Position numbers and translations under genes: made by a program
In this document: positions 41,905-55,700 of the stretch, piece after piece
How positions within the stretch are numbered: the first letter of the stretch is position 1
How the letters are laid out: each line of letters starts with the position of its first letter
Notes under the pieces: generated by a model
Told to the model about the DNA's origin: nothing
What the model saw: the letters and a program-made list of their open reading frames with translations, nothing else
Database searches by the model: none
NCBI GenBank assembly: GCA_016748015.1
Contig: JAAOMT010000523.1
Location: forward strand, 618,156 to 682,155
Source: Geosiphon pyriformis uo1
Lineage: Eukaryota > Fungi > Glomeromycota
Direction: 5' to 3'
DNA length: 64,000 nt

Positions 41905-44900
41905 TTATTTTTGCTTATAATATGTCCCAAGAATTTTAGTTCTGTTTTGCTAAAAAAGCATTTACTAACATTTAACTTTAGTCTTGCTCATTTCAGTTTT
42001 TTAACACTTGCTATAGATGATAAAAATAATTATCAAATGTTTTTGAGAACATTTTGGTGTTATCCAAATATACAACTACTAATTTTCATAGTAATCTAGT
42101 GTTCATTAGCCATTGAAAGGTGGCTGGAGCATTAATTAAGCCAAATAGCATTACTTTAAATTCAAAGTTTTCTTTTCTGGTAGTAAATACAGTTTTTTTT
42201 TTGTTGACAGAATTTATGGCTACTTGCCAATAATCACTATCTAAATCCAGTATTGAGAACTATTTTTTTCCTCTAAAAGTGTCAAATAATTTCTGAATCT
42301 GTGAAGTTAAATAGCTGTTTCCACAAATAATACTGTTGAGTTTTCTGTAATTCATACAAAAATGAATTTTCTCATTGTGTTATAGATGGAAATTTTGATG
42401 TGCTTACAGTTTTTGGCTGGTATGTAGAAATTGGTAATCTTTATTTTTCCTAATTCATAAATAGTTGGTTTTGCTTTAAAAATTTGGGATTGATTCTTTA
42501 TTTTTTTCTTTATTACTAATATGTGCTAATTATATGATGAAATAAAAACTGGTTGATGGATGAAAATAATTTCTCTTTTATTAATAGTTTTTTTCTCTAT
42601 TATATTGACTGATACATCTATTTTACCTGTTAATTCAAATTTATTTTTTTTTCTTGCTGTAATTTCTAATTTTTTCTTGTTCTTACTAACACTAACTGCA
42701 CTATTTTTACCAAAGATAAGAATATTGCTTGTGGTATCTTTTTATTTGGTTTAATAATATATGTTTTTTCTGAATCATTTTGTAATATTGCAATAATATT
42801 TTCTACATATTTTGTATCAATTATTCTTTCTCTGATGTTGATTTTTTTTTACTAAATTAGATCTAAATGCTAATTGAACCATGGTTGTTGCCAGAATTTT
42901 TAGTGCTAACTTCAGATCTATATAGATATATAAATATGGTTCCAATTTAATAGTATTTTTTTCTAGATATTTTAAATTAAATCTTATATTAGTATTATAT
43001 ACTCATTTTAGCATAATACTTTTATTATTATTGCTGAATCATTTTAGCTCTTGCTCTATCAACAGATCTGGGAGTGCAATATATTGTTTGGAGTTATAAT
43101 TGAAGTTTGAATTGCTGTTGTTGTTGCTATAGTAAATAGAGTTGAAATTATTATTGTTATTATTATCAAAGTCTAAATTAGAATTGAATTTCAATTTTGA
43201 TTCTATTGCACATTTGCTGATTGGTTCTTTCTCTTTAGAGATCAAATAGATTATACATAATAATAGATTGTAGATAAGATCACAATTATTACAATATTGA
43301 ATGTTATAGAGAATTAAGCAATGTTAACAAAATTGAGTATTTAGCTGCTCTAAATGCTGTTCTTGCTTCTCTTTAGTGAATGCTAATTCTTGGTAGTGTT
43401 TATGGAATTGTTCTGGATCTATTATGTTGAGAATAATATTGGGGTTTAGGACCCAAATAATTATTTCTGGTTCTAGTAAATTGTTTTTAATTGTTTTAAT
43501 TTTTTCTGAAGTTGTGCTTTTAATTTTGGTGATTACCATTCTTCAGATTTTGTTATTATTGTGTGGACAGTTATTCAAACATTTTACTGCTTTTTACCAA
43601 GCAGCATTTATTGGCATTTTTTTTCTTACCCAATTACTAATTAGAATTATGTATTAGCATAATTCATTACATGTTTTTCTATGATCAGAAATATTATTCC
43701 ACATTCTTTTGTCTAGAAAAGTTTTCCCACAAGCAAGACATAATTTGTTTTCTTATTTTTCTTGTCTTTTTGGTCATTCAAAACATTCAAGAATACATAG
43801 ATAACAGTAATATTTTGTTATTGTTAACCATTCCTTATTTTTACTATAACATATGCCTATTGTTAACAATTTCTTGTCACAATTAACACAAATTAGCTTG
43901 AGTTGACAATAGTTTGGTTGATGTTGAATAGTAATGGTGTATGGTGTATATGTAGAGGTAGTTGCTTGGAGTTTCTTTTCTTCTCTTTTTTTCCCTTTTT
44001 CCTTTTCTTCCCATGTGAGTACTGATAGTAAGTTGTTATGATCATTGTTAGCCCAGGAAACTTGGTAAGCTTCCTAGGTAGATTTTTTTTTTCTTCTCAA
44101 ACTCAATTAGTAGCTGCTTATCTTTGGTGGTTTTAAAATATCTGTAAGTGGCTGGTACTCAAATGTTCTGACTATTTTGGCTTAGTTGTAATTCTTAAAT
44201 GTTTTAGTTGAGCATAATGTTGGTCTTGGACAATCAATCATTACCAACTAAAGCTTAATACTACATGGCTTCTATTACCAATACTTTAATAAATACAACA
44301 ATGCCATTGATTTTAAAAAAAAAGTCGTCAATCTTACCAATAAATATTTTTATCACTTTATTAGTAGTAATAATTCTGACATTAGCAGTGCAATCAACTT
44401 GGCAACCTAGTAGATTCATAAGTTGTTATGTGATAATGCTGTTGGCTAATTTACTATCTAAGATCAGTTTAATGTACTGACCATCAACTTTTGCATTATT
44501 ATACATTGCAGTAATAAGTTTTGATTCAAGAATGGCTCTAGTAAATAAGGATGTTTTGACTGTTTCTTCAAATTCAAAAGGGAAAATAGCAGTAAGTAAT
44601 TTGTTTTTGGTAATTGTTGCTGGTAGAATATTGTGAAAAGTTGATTGAGTTTGATTGGTTTTTGATAGATTAGATGTGGTAATTTTTGGGGATACCAAAA
44701 GACTTAAATAGTATTGAGCAGTTGGGTTTTAGACATAGTTAGTTCCCAAATTTTGCTGTTGAGATCTAGTTTGCTGGGTGGCTAAACTGGAGATTGGTTG
44801 GTGCATTACTATCACCAATTGCCAATTCTGATAGATCTGAATAGTTCTTGGTCTTTGGGTTCTGTTTTAAGATAAGTTCTGTTCTTGGTTTTAATTGGAT

Positions 44901-47900
44901 TAAGGCTGATAAATAATTTAAGACTGGAATAGTTAATAAATTATCAATGCTAATGGCTAATAGATAGGTGGTTAATAAATTGGCTGCATTATTTGAGCAT
45001 AATATAATTGATATTAGTATTATTTGAGTAATTGATTACTGATGTAATTCTGAATTTGAAATTAATAATTGAAGTTTTAATACTGATTTTTTGATTATTG
45101 ATTGCTTAACCATTTGCAACATTCGAATTGCAAATGTTTTTATTTACCACAATAGTAGCAGTTATACATCTCTTGTCACTACTGTTAATTAATTAATGAT
45201 AATGATAGATGCGATTGATTTAGAGACTATTTGAGTTCTCTGGATTATTGTGGCATTGTGGTAATTAATAGATGGCTTGATTATTAGCTAAATATTTCTC
45301 TAGTTTTTGATTAAGAGATTTACTGAATTGTTTCAACTTGAAGTCCAATTCAGATGATTTGTTTATTACTAGATTAATGGCTTAAACATGGTTAGCTTTT
45401 AGCTTGGCTAATCCAAAATCTCAGGCATAAGTAACTGCATCTTAAAAAGTTTGTGAGTATATTAGACATATGTACTGAAAGATACTACTGTGTAATTCAT
45501 GAATAAACTGGTTTAAGATCTGTAATGCTGTAAAGTAATTTGTGTTAATTGTCTGTATCTGGCACAGATTTTTATGGAGGCATTCTAGATAAGTAATAAC
45601 TGCTTCAATGTCTTCTTGTTTGATAGTTGTGAAAGTATTTGTTAAACAGTTAATACTATTATTATTACTAAAATATCTTAGAAATTCTAGTTTAAATGCA
45701 TTAAAGTCTTGGAGTTTTTGAATTAGACTTTAATAATATGAGTTGACAGTATCTTGAAAAAAGTATGAAATTGCCTGTAATGTTTTGGCATCATTTTATC
45801 TATTGGCTGCAATAGCTTTTTTTACATCATTAAGCCATACTTGTGTATTGTTTTTCTTGCCAATAAATTTCTTGAGTTTTACAATTGGTGTGTATACTAT
45901 TGGTGCTAATAGTAGTTGTTCTTGTTATGGTTGTAGTTGTTATTAAAATTGTTGTTGAAATGGTAGTTGTGGCTGTTGTTGTTGCTATTTAGCAATTGGA
46001 GCAACTGGTGAGTTTATCATAATTACTGAAGATAAGTTTTGGGAAACAATAGGGGTGGAGTTTAGATTGTTTGGGTTTTTCTAAGTTTAAACAATCAGAG
46101 TTTGTATTTCTGGGTTTTTTGAAATTGGGTTTTGATAATTAAATTCTTAATCTTCATTTTTCTTTTCTTTTAATTTTATTACTATTCAAAAACTAGTGGT
46201 TTCGAAATTTGGTTGAGGTGATGGTGATCAAAATTTTGATGACATTAGAAATTGTGATTTAAATTTCTTAAAATAATCACCATAAGTTCTTAATAATTCT
46301 GGTTTCTTCTGTTTACTTTAAAATAGAATTCTGCTTAATGGTGTTGTCATGTTTGCTGTAAATGTGTCTGTTAATGTTATATTAATAATACATCTGAGTA
46401 TGTGATAATATAATGAATTAGCTGGTAAATTAATTCTTTGTTTTTTTCAAGTAGATAATTGTATTTGCTTTGGGATTTCTGTTGGTGTTTGTAGTTTTCA
46501 TTTGTCTTTTTCTGCACAGATAATAAGAAATGTTTGTTGGATGTGATTTTCAATTTTTTTGTTGAGTTTAGTGATGATTAAGATAAAGTTGTAGTTTAAT
46601 AATAAGCTAGTATATTGAATTAATTTGTTGTAGAAATTTTTTTTTGCTGATTTGGTATTTACTAGTTTTCCCAAAAAATATTTAATTCTTTTATTAACAT
46701 AAAAATTAAAAACTGATTCTACTGATAGTTGGTTGTTAATCAATTTTAAGTGTTAACAGTAGTGTTGAAATAAAAATTTTACGAATCTTAGATGATGTTA
46801 CAAATGATTATTTGGGGTCTTAAATTAAATAACAAACCCATAACTTGGTGCTCAATTAATATAATAATGTTGATTTCTGAAGGTTGTTTATATCTGAAGG
46901 GTTTTTTTGTGTTGGTTGAGTCTTTTGTATAATAAACAGAGATTTATTTGTTGTCTTCTCAATAGCCTCTCAGAATTGTAATTTCATTGAATTTCTTTTT
47001 TAGTGTGATGGCTGGTAATCTTGGCAGAGATGCCCTTCTGGTAAGCTATCCTTAAATTCTCAATTTCTATACCCTTCCTTTGGGGTCTTTTATCAGGCTA
47101 TCCATAACATCAATAACTTAGCACTTTAATCCTTTAATCAATTAATAAAACAGAGAAATAACAAAGAAAATAAAAGGAGATAAAAAAAAATAAGAAATAA
47201 GCCAAGATAATAAAAGTTAGTATCCTGTCAATAGCCATGATCAAGAGTTATTGTTTTAGAGTAGTTAAGTATCAGTTACTATTAATATAAAGTATTAATA
47301 GTGAAAAGTAGATTTGAAATAGTAAATAATTATTTATTTGATTTTTGAGATGTGGAAAGTTGCTTAGATCAAATCTAAACTGAGAGATCCCAGAATTCTA
47401 ATAATTATGACTTGTGAGTTTAATTGACTCTAAGAGTCTTATTGACTCTTAGTCTTCTTGATTAATTTTCTAGCTTCTAATACTACTGCTATATATACAT
47501 AAATTTTATTGTACAAGATTCCTTGAATTCCTTAATTCTCTAACTAGGAATCCTGGAATTTCTGAAATCTTGCAATTTTTTTGAGAAGAATTCTAGAATC
47601 CTGCAATTCTTTTGAGAAGAATTCTGGAATCTTGCAATTCCTCATATGAGAATTCTGAAATTTTTGTAAGCTTACAATTCTTTTAAAAGAAATCCTGGAA
47701 TTCTACTTTTACTATGTTTATTTTGATTGGCTAATTTATGTACTAATATTTAATTTCTATATTCTATGAATAACAATAGTTTGTTTCTCTTTTTTCTAAT
47801 TCTGTTATTTTTGAATGGTTGTTGTTAATGCTAGTTTTTTGTAAAATTATATCTCACAAAGAGCACCAAATATTACAAGTAATTATTTGGGGTCTCAAAT

Positions 47901-48774
47901 CAAATAACAAATCTGTAATTTGGTGCTTAATAATTGAAGATTGGGTAATATTTGAAGGTTTTTATAATCTGAAGATTTTGGTTAAGTTCTTTGTATAATA
48001 GACAGAAATTCAAATGTTGTCTTAGTAGTCTTTTAAAATTGCAATTCTGTTTAATTTCTGTTTTTAACATAGTGGCCAATTTATTTTAACAGTCATGCCC
48101 TTCTGGTAAGCTATTCCTAAATTCCTAAACTCTATACCTTTTTTTTGAAGTTTTTTACCAGACTATTTTTAACATCAATTACTTAATGCTTAATCTCTTT
48201 AATTAGTTAGTAAATAATTAATAAAACAAAAAAAAAGAAAGAAAAGAAAATAAATAGATAAGCCAAGACAAAAAAGAGTTGGTATTCTATTAATAGCCAT
48301 GATTAAGAGCTATTGGTTCAATGTTATTAAGTATTGGCAACTATTAACATAAATTATTGATAATAAAAAAATGGATTAGAATGGTAATAACTATTTTATT
48401 AATATTTGATGTTTCTATTTCAAGTTATAAAATACTATCATATAAAAAGATAAGTATGAAATTGAAACTAGAGATTTTAAAACTAAGAATTCTGTTCTTT
48501 TTATTTCTAATACTACTGCTATATATACATAAATTTTGTTATATGAGATTCCTTGAATTTTTTAATTCTTTAGCCAGAAAATCTGTAATTCCTTAAGAGA
48601 AATTCTGGAATTCTGGAATTCTGGAATCCTGTGATTTCTTATATAAAAATTCTAGGTTTTTCTGGAATTCTGCAATTTCTTTAAAAAAAATCCTAGAATT
48701 TCACTTTTACTATGTCTTATTTTAATTGGCTAATTTATATAATAATATATAATTCCTATATTTTATGAATAATA
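41905..48774 (-). mobile_element. Ty3/Gypsy family A copy F (5' LTR 47871-48774, gag to RT; 3' half lost; internal deletion at ~42378)
   Basis: PBS at ~47852-47870, gag, protease (LILDSKLANSIIT), Cys domain, dUTPase and an RT fragment ending at KFLGHIISK (41905). Confidence 0.9.
46796..47775 (-). repeat. Solo LTR, family A (carries TGACTC module)
   Basis: TGTTAC...TAACA termini. TSD ATGA/ATAG, both one transition from the ATGG seen at the empty site in copy E. Copy F gag resumes at 47776. Confidence 0.9.
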
Positions 48775-49135
48775 CTGCATAAACAATGTTGATATGTTTA
48801 ATAATTTGAAGTATATTATTGATATAAATGATGATATGTTTTATAATTTGATATCTCTATGGGCATATGAGTCTGTTAATATTAAAATTAACTCTTTGAA
48901 AACAGTTAAATAGTTGGTTGGTTCTTGTAATATTACTTTATTTGATATTATTCAAAAAATATTATCTTTAAATAAGTTTTCTTTTGTTGTATTAATTTAG
49001 CATAACCTAAACTGGCTCAAGTAGCTGGTTACATATAGAAAGTACATGAATTATATTTAGCATTAAAATATTTAGTTTGTTTCTAATTTCTAGATAATAG
49101 TTGGGCTTTGCTTGTTAAATCTAATAAAAAAAAAA
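48775..49135 (+). mobile_element. 3' end of a LINE-related element (shared 3' UTR + poly-A)
   Basis: CTGGCTCAAGTAGCTGGTTACATATAGAAAGTACATGA...TAGATAATAGTTGGGC followed by an A-tract; matches the reverse complement of the 3' UTRs at 25800-25910, 28790-29870 and 49381-49497. Confidence 0.65.
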
Positions 49136-49732
49136 TATATTTGTTTAATAAAATTAAAAGTGTTATAAAATTAAGTTAAAGCTAATTAGTTTGTAATAAT
49201 ATATTATTATATATTTCAAGTTATTAAAACTGTTTTTATTTGTAAATTGATTTTAAAAAAAATAGAATATTAAGATTTTTTTATTAATTAAAAAAAGTTA
49301 TTTTTTTTAAAATAAATTTAAAACTAAGTTAATTAATTTTTACTAATTATATAATCTTTAAAATTAGTAATTTTTTTTTTATGAGTGCAGCCCAACCACT
49401 ATCTAGTATACAAAAACAAATAAGTGAATTAAATTAAACATAGCTTATGTATTTTTTATATATGACTAGTCATTTAAGCCAATTAAAATAGCACTACATA
49501 TTTATAAAAACTTTTACATTATTGTTCAAACCAGAAAAAACAAACATAGATTATGTGAACCAAAACTGACAGTAAAGAATTTAACAATACTAAGCAAATA
49601 AACCATATTTTTAGATATAATACTGAACAAACCATATGACAGACTAAACATTACTTCTGCATCACAAACCAAACTACTTTTTTTATGTCTGCCCTAAACT
49701 TAAATCTCAACAATTACAACTTATTATAATGC

Positions 49733-52700
49733 TGTTACAGGTGATTATTTGGGATCTCAAATCAAATAGCAAACTCATAACTTGGTGCTTGGCTGATCTT
49801 CTGGTGTTGATATTTGAAGGTTTTGTTGTAGAGTTTTTTGTATAATGAACAGAAATTTAATTGATGGTTTTATCTGTAGCTTCCCAAAACCTCAGTTTTG
49901 TCAAATTTTTTTCTTAGCATGATGGCTGGTAATTCTCTTGGTAAGCTATTCTCAAATCTATGAATGTTGTATCCTTGTTTTATAGGTCTTTTACTAGTTT
50001 CTATGACATTTGTATTTCAGCGCTTAATCCTTAATAAATTTAGTAAAACCAAAGAAATAACAAAAAGAAATAAAAAAAAATAAAGAAATGAGTAAAAGCA
50101 ATTACAAGTTAGTATCCTGTCAATAGCTGTGATCAAAAGCTATTGTTCCAGTGTAGTTAAGTATCAATTATTATTAACATGAAGTGTTGATAGTAAAGAG
50201 TGGATTGAAATAGGGAATAATTATTTATTGATATTTGTGAATAGAAGGTTGTTTAGATCAGATCTAAACTGGGAGGTCTGTCTTTTCTACTTCTAATACT
50301 ACTGTTATATATACATAAATAAGATTCCTCAATTCCTCAATTTTTTACACCAGGAATCCTGCAATTTTTTTTGAAAAGAATCCTAGAATTCTAGAATTCT
50401 GTGATTCCTTGTACAAGAATTTTGAAATTCCTGGAATCCTGCAATTTCTCTTGAGCGGAATCCTGAAATTCTACATTTACTATGGCTATTTTTAATTGGC
50501 TAATTTATGTGCTAATATACTTTCTATATTTTATGAATAACATTATTCTCTCCTTTTAATATTGAGCTTTGTCAAGATCTCTTAATTCTAATTCTCTGTT
50601 GTTAAGTATTTTTTGAACTTTTTTTTCAAAAATTATTTGTGTTATCTTGTTCTGTAACTCTTTGAATTGGACATTGGTTATTCTTCCTATTTGGTTAATA
50701 GTGATGTCATCCATTATTGGATTAAGTAAGATTTCTGGTTGGTCTTAAAATCCAGCATGCAATCGATAAATAGCTCTTGCTTGTGTTGTTAGATTGTTCT
50801 TTTCCACAAATTTCTTCAGTTGTTGTAGTATTGTGGTATCAAATAATTGTTTTGTTTTATCTGTGTATAAATTCTGAATATTCAAATGTTGTCCCAAGTG
50901 AAAATAACAAAAGTTTCTTGGAAATTGTTGTATTTACTATATTCAAGTTTTTTTAGTTACTTCTTAATATGTGATAATACTTGTTGGCTCTTCTATTGCC
51001 AATTTTACTTTCAGAATTATTTTTTCAATAGCATTTTTTGTTTTCTTCTGTACTTTGTATTGAGGTATTTTTCTGGTATCTCTGTATCTAATAGTTTGTT
51101 GATTGATGGTAATTTCTATATTCCATTGTTGAATTAATTGAAAGAGTTGTTGAGCTAATGAGTGAATGTCATTGGTAATTTCTATTTTCTGATGTCTTTT
51201 GTTATGTATATCATGTCTTTATATAATCTTTTGGTTGTTCAATTTTATGTGTTTGGTTCAATGATTATAATTGGTTTTAGATCTTGTGGAATCTCATCTG
51301 GTTTGACTAGTATTCTCTGTACTCTTAATTGTGGAATATTACTGGTAGATGATGATGCTATATGGTAATATTGTTTCAGTCAATCACTATGTGCTGCTTT
51401 GGTTAAGATTTTGTTGTTCAATCTTTATTTATAAGCTCCATTTTCAAGAATTTTTTCTATGTGAAATAGTCTATCCTATTTGGGGTCAAATTTTCTACTC
51501 CATTGTTTTTCTACTTTGGTATAATATAGAAGTACTTTGTCTCCAATCTTGAATTCAACTGGTTTCTCTGGTAGTTGGTTGTCATGTCTTTTTTTTTGTT
51601 TTTCTTGTGACTTTTGGATGTTATTGGCTGCTCTTTACCATGTGTTTTCTAGTGTCTTCATTAAGTCATATGTTTTTCTCAACAATGTTCTTTGGAAATT
51701 TTCTTCTGTTATTGGTTCTGTTAGATATGTCTTGACTTCTATCTCAACTGGTAATGTTGCTGTTCTATCATATACTAATTTGAATGGTGTTGCTTGTGTA
51801 GTGTCTTGCTTTATTGTCCAATAAGCAAATAGTACTGATAGTATAATCAAATCCCATTTGTTCTGGTTTTTTTGGCTAATTTTGACAATGGCTTTACACA
51901 ATGTTCTATTAAATCTTTTAACTAACTCATTTGTTTGTGGATGGTATGGTGATGATAATGGTCTTTTTATTTCAAATCTTTGACTTAATTCTGCCAATGT
52001 TTTATTCACAAAGTGAGTTTCTTGATCTGATAGTAGTTCTTTTGGATATCTGTGTTGACATATTAAATCTTGATGAACAAATTTGGCAACAGATTCTGCA
52101 TCTGCTCTTTGAATGATTTTTGCTTTTGGCTATTTAGTAAGATAGTCTATGGCTATTGCAATATATCTGTTGCCTCTACTGGTGATTGTTAATGGTCCAA
52201 CTAAGTCAATTCTGATGCAGTTAAATGGTTGGCCCACTTTGATTGGTTTTAATAGTTCACTTGGTTTTGTTCTTCCTCTTCTCTGACAAGCATCACAATT
52301 CTGAACATATTGAATAATGTCTGGATACATAGATGGCCAATAGTATCTTTTTCTGGTTTTTTCTATAGTTGCTTCTTTATGGAAATGTCCTGTTATTAGA
52401 TCTGAGTGCATGTTGAACAATATTGTCTCTTTTTCTGGTTCTGTGATTACTCTGGTTGGTTGATCTAGATTTCTTCTGTTTTTCTGGTAAAGTATATTTT
52501 AATGGTTGATAAAATATTTTGATTGTTGTTTTATGTTGTTTTGTTTCTTTTGAGATAATTTTTCCTTAAACAATTAAGTATTTATAAAATATTGGAGTTG
52601 TTGGTATTTTTGTATATTCATCTTTTGTTATATTTTTGGTTTGAACTGTTTTTAGATTTGTCTTATTTGCAACAATCCATCAGCATTTCCATTGTCTTTT

Positions 52701-55700
52701 CTCTTTTTATAATGTACTGTAAATGTATATAGTGATAGTGCTATTTTCTATCTTGCATGGCAATTGTTTCCAAATTTTTGATTCTGAATTAAAGTCAAAC
52801 CTTTGTGATCAGTATATACATCAAACTTTTAACTCAAGTACTCTTTCTATTTCATGACTGCTCAATAGATTGCTAAGTGTTTTAATGTTGGTGTTCCATA
52901 GTTTTTTTCAGCTGGACTTAAACTTTTGCTGGCATATACTACTGGATGTTCTCTTCCATCCGGTTTTCTCTGTGATAGTACTGCTTCCAATGCTTGGCCT
53001 GATGTATCAGTGGTGATAATGAATGGTTTACTGTGGTCTGGATAAATCAGTACTGGAGCTTGAATAAGCTTTCTTCTCAGTGTATCGAATGCTTTTTGCT
53101 AAGCTTCTGTTCATTTGTATTTTACATTCTTGGTTTGTAACAGATAAAGTGACTGAGCCAGTTTAGAAAAGTTCTTGATAAAGCAATGATAATAGCCTAC
53201 AAATCCCAAAATGCTCTTAGTTCTGTCAAACTGGTTGGTACTGGAAAGTTTTTTACTATTGCAATCTTATTTGGATCTGTTTTAATGCTGTCTTTGCTCA
53301 CTACATATCAAAAACTTAAGTTCTGTTTTTCCAAAGAAACATTTGTTTGCATTCAACTTTAATCTTGCTCTTCTAAGTCTTTTAAATACTTGTTGGAGAT
53401 GATGTAAATAATCATCAAATGTTTTTAAAAACACATTGGTGTTATCCAAGTATACAACTACTGATTTCTATAGTAGCCCAGTATAAACAATTTCCATAAG
53501 TTACTGGAAAGTTGCTGAAGCATTCATCAAGCCAAATAGCATGACTTCGAACTCAAAATTCTCTTCCCATGTTGTGAAAGCTGTCTTCTCTTTATCTTCT
53601 GGTTTCATGGCTACTTGTCAGTAACCACTGTTTAAGTCTAAAGTTGAGAACTATTTCTTTTTTCCAAAAGCATTGAACAGTTCTTGAATCTTTGGCATTG
53701 GGTAACTATCTTCTTTGGTTACTTTATTTAATTTTCAGTAATCCACACAAAAGCAGATTTTTCCATTCTTCTTCTGGACTAGTACTACTGGTAACAACCA
53801 TAAGCTCATTGATGGTTAAATTAACCCATTGTCAAGCATCCAGTTGATTTCTTGATGAATGATCTCATGGCTGGCTGGTGGTATTCTGTATGCTTTCTAT
53901 TTAATTGGCATTGCATCTTCAGTCTTGATTTGATGTTAGATGATATCAGTTTTGCCAAATTCATTTTTGTTGGCAAAAATGTCATTGAAGTTGTTAAGTA
54001 ATATCTTGAGTTGCATATGTTGTAATAGATCTAGATTTCCTAAGTTTATCTGTTTCAATTGTTCTAGTTGGAGCAGATAACATTCTTCTTATCCATATGT
54101 GGTTTGAGATGTGATATCTACATATTCACACAATTGTGGAAAGTTTGGAATGGTGTCTAAGAGTTGGTTCTCAATTTCTGTGGTCAAGTATCCAATGGTA
54201 GTATTTTCTGATATCTTGATAATATCTCCCATGTTGTTGTAAATGGAGATTTTAATATGACTGTGGTTTTTGGCTGGTATGTGTAGATTGACTAATCCAA
54301 TTTTTCTTGATTCACAAAGTGTTGCTTCTGTCTCGAGAATTTGAACCTGATTCTTCACTTTTCTTTCTATGGTTACTATGTACTGGTCGTATGATGGAAT
54401 AGAAATTGGTTGATGGATAAAAATAATTTGTCTCTTATCAACAATTTCTTCCTCTGTCATATTAACTGGTACATTTATTCTACTTGTAAATCTGAATCCC
54501 TGTATCTCTTTAGCTGTAATCTTTAATTCTTCTCTGTTTTTTACTAATACTAATTGAGCTATTTTAACCAGAGGCAGGAATATTGTCTGTGCTATTTTTT
54601 TGTTTAGATCTATAATATATGGCTTTTCTTAGTTATTTTGTAGCATCACAATAATATTTCTTATGTATCCTGCATCAATTATTCTTTTTTTAATGTTAAT
54701 TCTCTTTTTGGTTAAGCTACTTCTAGATGCTAACTGAACCATTGTTGTTGCTGGAATTTCCAGCACTATTTTGAAATCAATACAGGTGTGTGAATGGGGT
54801 TTCAATTTGATGGGATCTTTTTTTGGATATTTCAGATCAAACCCTACATCAGTATCATGCACATGTTCTGGCATAATACCTTCATTATTATCACTGAATT
54901 ATTTAAGTTCCTGTTCCTTGGTAAGATCAGAGAGTGTGATGTATGTTTTGGGGTTTGAATTAGAGTTCAAATCACTATTATTTTTATAGCCATATTGGGC
55001 AGAGCTGGAAGTGTTGTTTTTGTTGTCATTGTTGTTAGAGTCTAAATTGGGATTGAAAATTGATTCCAATTCTAATGTACAGCTGTTGATTGGTTTTTCC
55101 TCTTCTGGGATTGTGTAGATCATGTGTGGTGGTGGATTGTAAATAAGATCACACTTATTACAATATTGAAAGTCACATGGAATTAAGCAGTATTAACATA
55201 ATCAAATATTCAACTGCTCTAAACACTGCTCTTGCTCTTTTCTAGTGAGTGCTAATCGCTGGTAATGTTCATGGAATTCTTCCAGATCATCTTCAATGTT
55301 ACCAAAGATGTTAAAGGTGAGGACGTATTCAGATTTGGGCAGTGAAAGTGGATTATTCTTAATTTCTAATAACTCATTGGTAGTGGCGTCTTTTACTTTC
55401 ATACTCACCATTTTCCAGATTTCATGTTCATTGTGAAGATATTTTTCCAACTATTGCAATGCTTTTTTCTAGATATTGTTAATTGGAGTTTTTTTGCGTA
55501 CCCAGTTGTTTATTAGGATAGTATACTGGCATGTCTTGTCACACATTTCTCCTTACTTAGGAATGTCATTCTACATTCCTTTGTTGGGCAAAATTGTTTT
55601 ATATGTGAAACAAGATTTGTTATTCTATTTTCCTTGTCTTTTTGGGTGTCCAAACTGTTTTATGACACATGGGCAACAATAAAACTTTGTTGCTGTGGAG

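Noticed and set aside
47515-47705. GGAATTC-rich tandem arrays as a CRISPR array
   Set aside because: No unique spacers and no cas genes; the arrays are internal to LTR U3 regions.
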